From a bacterium (GTDB taxonomy: Bacteria > Zixibacteria > MSB-5A5 > GN15 > FEB-12): a DNA stretch of 64,000 nucleotides. The stretch is from NCBI GenBank assembly GCA_043811375.1, contig JBDRNJ010000009.1:1-64000 (forward strand), written 5' to 3'. Shown here one piece after another: positions 19,433-27,824 of the stretch (positions are counted from its first letter, which is position 1; each line of letters begins with the position of its first letter). Position numbers and translations under genes: made by a program. The notes beneath the pieces were generated by a model. It was not told the origin of the DNA and did not search any database. It was given only the letters and a program-made list of their open reading frames with translations.

Positions 19433-21105
19433 GACGTTTCCCTTTTCACCAGTAACATGGTTATGTCATCAGAACGGGGTGAATCCTTGACGAATGTCTT
19501 AATGTCCTGAAGCAGACGAACGGTGATCTCAGCGGGTGACAGGTGCCTCAGGCTGGTGACCAGCTGCTCCGTTCGCTCATCGCCGTAGAGGTCATCGCCC
19601 CTTTCCGCCTCAGTGACACCATCGGTAAAAACAAACAGCAGGTCCTCCGGTGCCATCGGCACGGTTTCTTCAGCCCAATCACCCTGTCCAAAAGCGCCGA
19701 TCATGGTGCCGGAGGCCTGAAGGTATTTCAGAGTGCCGTCACGGCTGATCAGCAGTGGCGGGTTATGACCGGCATTGACAAATGACAGTGTATCGCCTTG
19801 TGGATTTACGATGGCCACAAACAGGGTGGCAAAATTGTCGGGAGAACTGTAGTTAAACAATTGCCAGGAGGTCTGCCTGACCGCCCGGCACAGATCAAAT
19901 TGCGGATCGTGGTACATGATTCTGAACGAGGCTAAGATATTCGACATCAGCAGTGCCGCACCCATGCCTTTGCCGCTGACATCGGCCACCAACAGCAGCA
20001 GACGTCCGTCAGGCAACATCGCCAGATCGTACAGGTCACCACCCACCGCCCGACACTGTTCCTGAAAGGCATGAACCCGATAGCCGGGCAGACTGGAAAC
20101 CTCTTTGGTCAACAGGTTTCTCTGGATGACGGAGGCGCGCCTGATTTCCGATTCGATCACCTGCTTCTCCTGCAGTTCGGTAAGCATGGAGTAATTCATC
20201 AAACGGAAAGCAATCAGGTTCCCGAAGGTTGCGAAAAGCCTCAGATATTCGTCACTGTACCGTTGCAGAGGATTGGACGTATCGGCATACAGAATACCCA
20301 GCACTTTATCCTCGACAAACAAGGGCACCGCCATGGCCGACTTGAGTTGCGACATGATAATCGACTGTTGGGCCGCAAAACGGGGATCGTCATCGGCGTT
20401 GCCGATCAGAACGGCATTATGATTGGTCAGAATCTCATCAACAATGGTTCGCGAAAGAGTGAAGCCACCGGCTTCGCTGTCGGCACTCATGTGACAGGCG
20501 GCCACCCGCACACCCAGAGTACTCTCGTCGGTCAGCAGAACCGCCAGCCGTTCGGAGGGCACCGCCCTGGCCACCATACTCAGTGATCTTTCCAACATGA
20601 CCTCCTGAGGTTCGGGAATAATGAGCATCTTGGCCATTTCAAACAGAGTGGTCAGAACTTCCGGTTGGTCGGCCATTCGGCTCGGCAGCGGCCGGAGGGC
20701 TTCGTTGATCGACAGCATGACCGATTTCTCCGGTTCACCCTCGATAAACAGACTGGCGGTGGGCGTCCGGGACGGACCACTGGAAGAGAGCGCGTTACTG
20801 GTGGTCAGTTTCAATTCCACCGATCCTAACATGATGTGGTCGGCCGGCTTGATTTCCACCCGCGAATCTATCCGCTGTCCGTTGACCATCGTCCCGTTAT
20901 GACTTCCCAGATCGGTCAGAAAGCAGGGACCGACGGTTGATTCCACCTCGACTTCGGCATGTCTCCGGGAGACCGTATTGTCGGCCACGTAAAAATCCGT
21001 TTCCGGTTTGCGGCCAATAATGTACTTTCCCGGCCCCAGGTTAAACGAATAGTAGCGGCGACCGTCGGTGCCAATCAATTTCAGCATGGTAAGGTTAGTC
21101 CTCAT
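19426..21105 (-). CDS. FHA-GAF-SpoIIE (PP2C) protein phosphatase
   Basis: FHA 'IIGR..VSRRHA..DLGSHNGTMVNG'. GAF 'SAMAVPL..LGILYAD'. PP2C 'VGGDLYD', 'DVSGKG', 'NAGHNPP', 'TDGV', 'DDIT'. Its stop overlaps the kinase start. Confidence 0.9.
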   Translation of the reverse strand: MRTNLTMLKLIGTDGRRYYSFNLGPGKYIIGRKPETDFYVADNTVSRRHAEVEVESTVGPCFLTDLGSHNGTMVNGQRIDSRVEIKPADHIMLGSVELKLTTSNALSSSGPSRTPTASLFIEGEPEKSVMLSINEALRPLPSRMADQPEVLTTLFEMAKMLIIPEPQEVMLERSLSMVARAVPSERLAVLLTDESTLGVRVAACHMSADSEAGGFTLSRTIVDEILTNHNAVLIGNADDDPRFAAQQSIIMSQLKSAMAVPLFVEDKVLGILYADTSNPLQRYSDEYLRLFATFGNLIAFRLMNYSMLTELQEKQVIESEIRRASVIQRNLLTKEVSSLPGYRVHAFQEQCRAVGGDLYDLAMLPDGRLLLLVADVSGKGMGAALLMSNILASFRIMYHDPQFDLCRAVRQTSWQLFNYSSPDNFATLFVAIVNPQGDTLSFVNAGHNPPLLISRDGTLKYLQASGTMIGAFGQGDWAEETVPMAPEDLLFVFTDGVTEAERGDDLYGDERTEQLVTSLRHLSPAEITVRLLQDIKTFVKDSPRSDDITMLLVKRETSC

Positions 21106-21153
21106 CCTTTGGCGCTGACCAGCCTGGCCAGAAGCGGAGCAATATAGCCCTCT

Positions 21154-22341
21154 TCATGCAAAACAGCTATCTAAAAACCGGGCGATATAATCGAACCCCC
21201 CTATGTCACAAACTCCCCAGCCGTCTCGAACCATCCGCGTCAATTCGCCGGACGATTGAAGATCGGCAACGTATTGACCAAACGAGTCGGCATCTGACAA
21301 AGATTCAACACAACCGGCCACGCCGGTCTCCAGGAGCAGACTGCGGTTGAGCGGGGCATAGGGACCGATCTGTGGACCGACGACAAACATCGGCCAGCCG
21401 AGCCCCATAGCCCAGTTGGACCGCTCGTGTGCCGGGGCCACGAAATAGTCGAAAGCGGCAAATAATTGTGCCGTAAAGATATTTTCTTCGCGGCGGGAAG
21501 CGTACCGAACCACTAGGGTTGCCGGAAGGTCGCTCGGTATTGGTTCGTGCGAGTTGACGACTTGACAGGTCATACCCCGCGCCGAGAACTCGCGGCGAGA
21601 CGCAATGTCCAGCTTACCGCCCTGCCGGACGAACAGGACGGATTTGCCCCCCTTGCGAACAGCCGACAGTGAAGCCCGCACCAGCTTGTCGACATGGGCT
21701 GTCGGCTCGGCACCGGAACTGAAAAACGCACCGGTCAGGGGTTCGCCGCCGTCGATTCTCCGCAACCGCCGCCGGCAGACATCAGCAGCTTGATTTACCA
21801 GCGCCGGTTCAATGCACAAACCACTGACGACAACATCGGCGGCAGTATAGCCTGATTCAAGAAACGGCCCGGCCGCCCGCTCAGTCGGCACCAGCACTTT
21901 GGAAGCACCGGCCACGACAGCTTCACCGGGTGTGACCAACTCCCCGTGCTGGTAGATCAGGTTCCGGCGGCCCTGCAGGATTCCCACCAGCGTGGGATGG
22001 GCCACAACCAGCGGACGGCTGTCGGATACAAAGCGGCGCCTGATATCACGACCCATGAGACTCAGCATCAGACCGGAGCGGTTGTAGTCAGCGTTGGCGC
22101 GGAGTCTCTTGTAGACAGATGCCACCGGACCGCCCGACGAGCCGTGTCGGTAAAACCAGCGAGCCAATTGCCATGACAGCCGCGACAGACCCTTTGACAC
22201 CTCAAGGACATCAGTTTCACCGCGCACCAGGCCGATTCGGCCACGACGCACTAAAGCTTCGAGCAGACCATCGAGATAAAACGGATGCCCCCTGCCGATA
22301 TCGGTGTAGAGTATATCAATCAGGGGTTGTTGACCGGTCAT
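21154..22341 (-). CDS. Hypothetical protein, possibly GT-B fold (glycosyltransferase-like)
   Basis: 395 aa ORF in line with the operon. N-terminal 'ILYTDIGRGH', 'VVAHP' and 'VVVSGLCI' recall MGDG-synthase/MurG-like GT-B proteins (weak). Confidence 0.55.
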   Translation of the reverse strand: MTGQQPLIDILYTDIGRGHPFYLDGLLEALVRRGRIGLVRGETDVLEVSKGLSRLSWQLARWFYRHGSSGGPVASVYKRLRANADYNRSGLMLSLMGRDIRRRFVSDSRPLVVAHPTLVGILQGRRNLIYQHGELVTPGEAVVAGASKVLVPTERAAGPFLESGYTAADVVVSGLCIEPALVNQAADVCRRRLRRIDGGEPLTGAFFSSGAEPTAHVDKLVRASLSAVRKGGKSVLFVRQGGKLDIASRREFSARGMTCQVVNSHEPIPSDLPATLVVRYASRREENIFTAQLFAAFDYFVAPAHERSNWAMGLGWPMFVVGPQIGPYAPLNRSLLLETGVAGCVESLSDADSFGQYVADLQSSGELTRMVRDGWGVCDIGGFDYIARFLDSCFA

Positions 22342-22457
22342 TTGTCATTCTCCAACATGCAACCATATAAAGATAGAAGGCATCTTTCTCAAAGTCAAAC
22401 CAACCCGGTTGATTCGGCTGGCCGATGGTGCCTGCTGTCTCCGAAAAAGATAGCATT

Positions 22458-22516
22458 GTAGGGTGGGTCCGTCTTCGAACCCGCCAGTCTTGTGGGGTGG
22501 GGGCTTGTCTCACGCC
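22458..22516 (+). repeat. Two REP-like palindromes
   Basis: GTAG-GGTGGGT..ACCCGCC and GTGG-GGTGGGG..CTCACGCC: tetranucleotide plus imperfect palindrome, intergenic. Confidence 0.4.
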
Positions 22517-22641
22517 AATAAAAGTAGAAATTCCGACGTCGCCAAAAAACATAGTTTGTATTTCCATCATCAGTAGATGATATTGCAATACAGATGATAT
22601 CAAACATCTTCATTGAGATATTTTACCGGAGGTGAAAACAG

Positions 22642-23379
22642 GTGGACAGGCGATATAACAGTAAACCGCTATGGCTGATCCTGGCGGTCCTTATACTCGC
22701 GGTACAGTCGTGCCAGGCGCAGCGGGCAGACAAAAGTGCCGGTTTTGATCAGGCCCGTGAGAGGATGGTCAGAACACAAATCGAATCACGGGGAATAAGC
22801 GACAGCCTGGTTCTGGCCGCCATGCGGAAAGTAGAGCGGCATCGCTTTGTCCCCGAGAGACAGCGAGCTTCCGCCTACACCGATCAGCCGTTGCCGATAG
22901 GTGAGGGGCAGACCATTTCGCAGCCATATATCGTCGCACTCATGACGGCGTTGCTGGAGCTTGACGGTGATGAAAAAGTTCTGGAAATCGGCACCGGCTC
23001 AGGGTACCAGGCGGCTGTGCTGGGAGAACTTGCCGAGGCAGTGTTCACTATCGAGATCGTAGAGCCTCTGGCCGGGCGCGCCGAAACTCTGCTGACTGAA
23101 CTGGGCTATGAGAATATCACTGTCAGATGCGGCGACGGCTATATCGGCTGGTCCGAACAGGCGCCCTTCGATGCCATCATAATCACCTGTGCCCCGCCAC
23201 AGGTGCCCCAGCCTTTGATCGATCAGTTGGCCGATGGCGGCCGGATGGTGGTACCTGTCGGCCGACGCTGGCAGGAACTGATCCTGATCGAAAAGCATGG
23301 CCAAAAGCTAAAAGAAACCAGTATTATCCCGGTGCGATTTGTGCCGATGACCGGGGACTCGATTTCCTCAGGTCGCTGA
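22642..23379 (+). CDS. pcm: Protein-L-isoaspartate(D-aspartate) O-methyltransferase with N-terminal signal/lipoprotein-like peptide
   Basis: 'AYTDQPLPIGEGQTISQPYIVA', 'VLEIGTGSGYQAA', 'GDGYIGW..APFDAII', 'VRFVPM'. GGAGG RBS before GTG. Confidence 0.93.
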   Translation: MDRRYNSKPLWLILAVLILAVQSCQAQRADKSAGFDQARERMVRTQIESRGISDSLVLAAMRKVERHRFVPERQRASAYTDQPLPIGEGQTISQPYIVALMTALLELDGDEKVLEIGTGSGYQAAVLGELAEAVFTIEIVEPLAGRAETLLTELGYENITVRCGDGYIGWSEQAPFDAIIITCAPPQVPQPLIDQLADGGRMVVPVGRRWQELILIEKHGQKLKETSIIPVRFVPMTGDSISSGR

Positions 23380-23402
23380 GACAACCAGAGAAAACCAAAG
23401 TA

Positions 23403-23428
23403 AATGGCCGGTCGAACGACCGGCCATT
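23403..23428. terminator. Palindromic hairpin between convergent pcm and cheW
   Basis: AATGGCCGGTCG-AA-CGACCGGCCATT, a perfect 12-bp stem. Confidence 0.55.
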
Positions 23429-23461
23429 CTGCCTGATTACTGCGTTGGGCGATTTTATTTA

Positions 23462-23545
23462 CCGGCGATACCGGCTCTATGCCGGTGATGCCGGTCTATT
23501 TCCGGTTATAAGCCGACGATGTCGGTTATAAGCCGGCGATGCCGG
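23462..23545. repeat. Array of four 13-bp palindromes (CCGRY-GAT-RYCGG)
   Basis: Units at 23462, 23482, 23513 and 23533 with TATA-type linkers. Confidence 0.75.
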
Positions 23546-24043
23546 TCAGGAGGTGATATTGGTTATTTCGCTCACATCGATGACCTTGGAGAGGTCCAAA
23601 AAGATCAGCAGACGATCTTCGAGTTTGGCCACACCCTTGATATACTCGGAATTGATACCGGTAGCTATCTCCGGAGGTGGCTCGATAGTATTGGACGGCA
23701 GCCGCAGCACTTCCGAAACCGAGTCGACCACCATACCCATAATGTTGCCCACGATATCGACCACAACGATCCGGGTGTTCTTATCGTACTCTTTGGTCTC
23801 CAGATTGAAACGTTTGCGCAGATCCACAATGGGAATCACCTTACCGCGCAGGTTGATCACACCCTCGACGAAGTGCGGTGTCTGCGGGACCTTGGTGATT
23901 TCCACCATGCGGTTGATCTCCTGAACCTTCAGAATATCGACCCCGAATTCCTCGGTTCCGATATTGAAGGAAACCAACTGCAACAATTCATCAGATTCCC
24001 CCCCGAACTGCTTTTCCTTTTTCTCCATCACGTTCGTCTCCAT
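23546..24043 (-). CDS. cheW: Chemotaxis coupling protein CheW
   Basis: 'LQLVSFNIGTEEFGVDILKVQEI', 'ITKVPQTPHFVEGVINLRGKVIPIVDLRKRF', 'GMVVDSVSEV'. Start could be 24043 or 24028. Confidence 0.95.
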   Translation of the reverse strand: METNVMEKKEKQFGGESDELLQLVSFNIGTEEFGVDILKVQEINRMVEITKVPQTPHFVEGVINLRGKVIPIVDLRKRFNLETKEYDKNTRIVVVDIVGNIMGMVVDSVSEVLRLPSNTIEPPPEIATGINSEYIKGVAKLEDRLLIFLDLSKVIDVSEITNITS

Positions 24044-24169
24044 CTTCTCTATCTCCTTAGTCATGGAGTTTTGAATCATTTTCTCGTCTCATGTCAATAC
24101 CATCAGTCGATGACAATTGGAGCCCCGGGACAGACCCTAACCTCTGCCCCTCCCTAATCCTTTATCATA

Positions 24170-24197
24170 ATATCGGCAGTGCCGTCTCCACCCTTTA
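24170..24197 (-). promoter_or_regulatory. Sigma-28 (FliA/SigD-type) promoter for cheW
   Basis: Minus strand reads TAAA-N16-GCCGATAT, upstream of a chemotaxis gene. Confidence 0.7.
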
Positions 24198-24456
24198 CCT
24201 GGCTTACCCCGGCAAACTGTCCGGATAGAGTATCCGGACGGTCATTTCCGAAAGCAGTGGTGATATTAACGTGTTCATTACATAAACAACATCAATGTAT
24301 TACATTGTTTACTTAAAGTGTTTCTCAAGACATTCCGGCGTCCGATACGGGTGTTGGGACCGGTTTGAATGTACCTTCGCGGTGCAGGGACAGGTTGCCC
24401 GATAAGGCCAAATGTGCTATGTTCGATATCAAAACATGACCTGAAAGGATGATCAG

Positions 24457-25593
24457 ATGAAAGATAAGCGCAACGAAATCCTGGCCCGACTGCTGATCGA
24501 CTACTCCTGCAAACTGAAAAAGGGCGAGGTGTTGTACCTCGAAATCAAAGGCAAAGAGACGCTCGAACTGGGCAAACAGGTAATCCGAATTGCCACCGAA
24601 AAGGGCGCTATCCCCTTCTGGTTCTATAACGATGAGTCGCTGCTGCGCCAGTGGGTGGGCAAAGCCGGTGACGACCAGTTCAGGAAACAGGCTGAGCTGC
24701 ACCTGGAACTGATGAAACGGGCAGACGCCTATATCGGGTTGCGCGGGTCGGATAATCCGTTTGATATGGCCGACATTGCTTCCAGCCAGATGGACAAATT
24801 GAAAACCCTCTTCTACAAACCGGTGCACTTGGAAGAACGCGTTAAGCGGACCAAGTGGGTGGTGTTACGCTACCCCAACAACGCTATGGCGCAATTGGCC
24901 GAGACATCACAGGAGACGTTCGAGGATTTCTATTACGAGGTCTGCTGTGCCGATTACCCTAAAATGTCAAAAGCCCAGAACAAGCTGGTCGCCCTGATGA
25001 CGGCTGCCGACAAAGTGCACATCAAGTCGCCGGGCACTGATTTGACCTTTTCCATCAAAGGCATTTCCTGCGTCAAGTGTGACGGCACCCGCAACATCCC
25101 CGACGGTGAAGTTTACACCGCCCCGGTGCGCGATTCCGTCAACGGCACCATCACTTACAACACTCCCTCCCTGTATGAAGGTGTTGTTTACAACGGCATC
25201 TCCCTCACCTTTGAAAACGGCAGGATTGTCAAAGCGACCGCCGAGGGTAACGTCGACAAGCTCAACAAGATACTGGACACCGACGAAGGCGCCCGCTATG
25301 TCGGTGAGTTTGCCATCGGGGTTAATCCGTTCATACTCAAGCCGATGAAGGACACGCTCTTTGACGAAAAGATCGCCGGCTCGTTCCATTTCACGCCCGG
25401 CCAATGCTATGACGAAGCCCCCAACGGCAACCAGTCGGCAATCCACTGGGACCTGGTGCTTATCCAGCGTACCGACTACGGCGGTGGTGAGATTTACTTC
25501 GACGACAAACTGATCCGCAAGGACGGTGTCTTTACAGACGGAGAAATGGAGAAAGCGTTTTCCGCGGAGAACCTGCGGTCCAGTCAATTGTAA
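24457..25593 (+). CDS. M29 family aminopeptidase (AmpS/aminopeptidase II)
   Basis: 'NIPDGEVYTAP', 'GARYVGEFAIG', 'LFDEKIAGSFHFTPG', 'NQSAIHWDLV'. Confidence 0.92.
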   Translation: MKDKRNEILARLLIDYSCKLKKGEVLYLEIKGKETLELGKQVIRIATEKGAIPFWFYNDESLLRQWVGKAGDDQFRKQAELHLELMKRADAYIGLRGSDNPFDMADIASSQMDKLKTLFYKPVHLEERVKRTKWVVLRYPNNAMAQLAETSQETFEDFYYEVCCADYPKMSKAQNKLVALMTAADKVHIKSPGTDLTFSIKGISCVKCDGTRNIPDGEVYTAPVRDSVNGTITYNTPSLYEGVVYNGISLTFENGRIVKATAEGNVDKLNKILDTDEGARYVGEFAIGVNPFILKPMKDTLFDEKIAGSFHFTPGQCYDEAPNGNQSAIHWDLVLIQRTDYGGGEIYFDDKLIRKDGVFTDGEMEKAFSAENLRSSQL

Positions 25594-25612
25594 TCAGATT
25601 GAAACGACATTT

Positions 25613-25650
25613 AAAAAACCCCCCGATCAATCGGGGGGTTTTTTGTTTTT
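25613..25650. terminator. Bidirectional intrinsic terminator (aminopeptidase / SRP RNA)
   Basis: AAAAAA-CCCCCCGAT-CA-ATCGGGGGG-TTTTTGTTTTT. Confidence 0.85.
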
Positions 25651-25915
25651 GTGCACCCACCTCCGAACCGCTGCCGGAAGGATCTTCACGCAGCCAACTC
25701 CGGTCGGGCACTCCTGCAACACACACAAGTGACTACTTACCGCTGCTACCTCCCGGTCCTGACGGAGGTTGTAGGCTTCTGTTGTACAGGACCCGACCTT
25801 CAACACCGCTTACATGTCGAAACCAACCGGCCGCTAAGCCCTCGGGTGGGGATTCAATCCCGGTATAGCGGATTCCGGGTTACAGGGCACCGCTAACTCC
25901 CCATCTAGCACGGAC
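25651..25915 (-). ncRNA. ffs: Signal recognition particle RNA, large bacterial type with Alu domain
   Basis: The minus-strand 5' end GTCCGTGCTAGATGGGGAGTTAGCGGTGCCCTGTAACCCGGAATCCGCTATACCGGG resembles the Bacillus scRNA Alu domain. Helix-8 motif GTCAGGACCGGGAGGTAGCAGC. CCCACC near the 5' end pairs with GGTGGG near the 3' end. About 265 nt. Confidence 0.92.
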
Positions 25916-25924
25916 ATTGTCCGT

Positions 25925-25978
25925 TTTGCAGGCTTCGCCTGATTTACAGACATCGTCTGGTTTACAGGCTTCGCCTGA
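25925..25978. repeat. Three tandem 18-bp units, each containing a 13-bp palindrome
   Basis: TTTGCAGGCTTCGCCTGA / TTTACAGACATCGTCTGG / TTTACAGGCTTCGCCTGA. Confidence 0.8.
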
Positions 25979-25990
25979 TTCATTTTTCAC

Positions 25991-26019
25991 AGGATACAAC
26001 AGATTAAGCCGAATGTCAA
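25991..26019 (-). promoter_or_regulatory. Sigma70 promoter of ffs
   Basis: Minus strand TTGACA-N17-TATCCT. Confidence 0.7.
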
Positions 26020-26079
26020 AACCAGATTTAGGCCAAAGACTATGTGGCCGCAATCTGTGATCGCGGTTTCATAAAGCGA

Positions 26080-26255
26080 CGCCAGGAATCCTTTCCTGGC
26101 GGCCCTGGTAAGAAACTGAACGTCAAACGACGAGGGGAATCGGGCTTGCATTTCTTCCCAACTCTACCATAAATTGGTGTCGAGTGATTTATGTGCGGTC
26201 AGGAATCCTTTCCTGACCGAACCGGTATAGCCGTCGGGAAGGGATTCCTGACGGC
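26080..26255. repeat. REP-like palindrome family A (CAGGAATCCTTTCCTG core): a single copy plus an inverted doublet
   Basis: Copies at 26080-26101, 26196-26219 and, inverted, 26230-26255. A degenerate copy lies at 26832-26852. Confidence 0.75.
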
Positions 26256-26309
26256 GCTGGTGAAAGGCGTTATGAAGCGACTTTATAAAACATAGTTCGC
26301 CAAAGAAAT

Positions 26310-26771
26310 ATGGATGAGAAGTTTAAAGCTCTAATCTGCGACCTTTCCAAAAAGTATAAAGAGCTTATGTCGATGCCGCCACTAACCATTGATATAATTC
26401 CCCCTGATTGCCCAACTGGAGGAATCTACCTGTTTTCGGAAAATGGAATCCATCTTTATGCCGGTAGAACAAAACGTCGAATCAAGGATAGACTGAGAGA
26501 CCATGTCAGCACCGCAGACGATTGTCCACTTGCCTGGCATTTGGTTCGAGAAGAAACAGGCAAGACCGAAGCAACTTATAAGACTGAAGGGTCTCGAAAA
26601 GACCTATTGACCCAGCCTCATTTCAGCCAAGCATATAAACAAGCTAAGAATAGAATAAAGCAAATGGAGATCCGATACGTAGGCGAGCCAAACCCATTAA
26701 AACAAACCCTTCTTGAGATTTATGTGGCAGTCGTCTCTGGAGCCAAATTCAATAATTTCGATACACATTGA
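26310..26771 (+). CDS. GIY-YIG nuclease family protein
   Basis: 'GIYLFSENGIHLYAGRT..IKDRLRDH' and a downstream 'LLE' glutamate. Visibly AT-richer than the flanks. Confidence 0.7.
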   Translation: MDEKFKALICDLSKKYKELMSMPPLTIDIIPPDCPTGGIYLFSENGIHLYAGRTKRRIKDRLRDHVSTADDCPLAWHLVREETGKTEATYKTEGSRKDLLTQPHFSQAYKQAKNRIKQMEIRYVGEPNPLKQTLLEIYVAVVSGAKFNNFDTH

Positions 26772-27001
26772 AAAAGCGAGGTGAACGAATCACTGGGATC
26801 TCACTGAAGGGACAGATTCTCTTATACAGCACCGTCAGGAACTCTCCTGGCGATACTGGCAAGAAACTGAATATCAAGCGCGACAAGAGATAATAGGTTG
26901 CCGGCTTTCTCCATTCCACCATAGCTTGTTGCTGCGTGGTTTGCCTGTTGAAAAGCATTCCCATTGGGACGAGTGGTACAGATAAACGAGGGTAGCCGCA
27001 G

Positions 27002-27649
27002 ATGAAGATATCAGCTGTCTGCTTCGACATGGATGGGACACTAATCCGGAATACCGATTCGGTGAAATATCTTTGTACGCTTAGCAATCGTCTAGAAGAA
27101 TTCGAGAGAATAGAATGCCGTGAGGATGAAAGAAGCATTACTTGGATCGAAGGCGACTATCTCAAGGCAGAATTGGTCGCAGGTCTTGGACTTAGTGACG
27201 TTGAAGATAAGTTTGCAGACAAGATTGAGTTGATTCATGGCATCGCCCAGGTATTGGAGTTCTTGAGAGCCAGACGGATCAAATCGGTATTGATAACGGC
27301 AGGACCGATTCAAGTTGCCAGCATAATCGGAAAGATGTTTTCATTTGATGGGGTGTACGGTAGTACATATGAAGTAGTAGACAGCAGGTTTACAGGGAGA
27401 ATCACAACCCATCTAGGAAACCATGGCAAGTTGACGTGCCTGGGAGATTTCTGTCTGAAGAGTGGTCTTGTGCTGGAAAACTGTGTGGCGATTGGAGACA
27501 GTAGCTCTGACATAGCCGTTTTTCGGAAGTGCGGGAAATCAATTGCAATCAACTATTCCGATTCCTTGAAAGGAAAAGGATCGGAACATATCATCACCGA
27601 GGATCTCTCTGATGTCATAGACATAATCGATTCCTGGCTGGGAGAATAG
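27002..27649 (+). CDS. HAD-superfamily hydrolase (phosphoserine phosphatase-like)
   Basis: 'FDMDGTL', 'LITAG', 'GK', 'AIGDSSSD'. Confidence 0.88.
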   Translation: MKISAVCFDMDGTLIRNTDSVKYLCTLSNRLEEFERIECREDERSITWIEGDYLKAELVAGLGLSDVEDKFADKIELIHGIAQVLEFLRARRIKSVLITAGPIQVASIIGKMFSFDGVYGSTYEVVDSRFTGRITTHLGNHGKLTCLGDFCLKSGLVLENCVAIGDSSSDIAVFRKCGKSIAINYSDSLKGKGSEHIITEDLSDVIDIIDSWLGE

Positions 27650-27660
27650 GATGGATAGAA

Positions 27661-27751
27661 GGGTGGCTCACCGCTTGCGGTGAGTTTCTATTCAATTTAG
27701 TACTCAGGTTATAGTAGGAACAGTAAACGCACCCCAAGGGGTGCGCCACCC
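27661..27751. repeat. REPIN-like inverted doublet, family B
   Basis: 27661-27687 is GGGTGGCTCACCGCTTGCGGTGAGTTT. The reverse complement of 27725-27751 is GGGTGGCGCACCCCTTGGGGTGCGTTT. All four differences are compensatory within the hairpin. Confidence 0.8.
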
Positions 27752-27824
27752 CTGCCACGATCTATGGTCGCGGTTTCATATAGCTGAGGAGGTGTGTCCC
27801 CCGGTTCTCATCAACTCAAGCAAG

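Noticed and set aside
22316..22613. Small minus-strand ORFs between the GT-like gene and pcm
   Set aside because: No recognisable motifs; they run through REP-like palindromes and a probable divergent promoter region.
23462..23545. CRISPR-like mini-array (also 25925-25978 and 26080-26255)
   Set aside because: The units are too short, have no unique 25-45 nt spacers, and there are no cas genes in the window.
25526..25896. Small ORFs over 25.5-25.9 kb
   Set aside because: They overlap the terminator and the SRP RNA.
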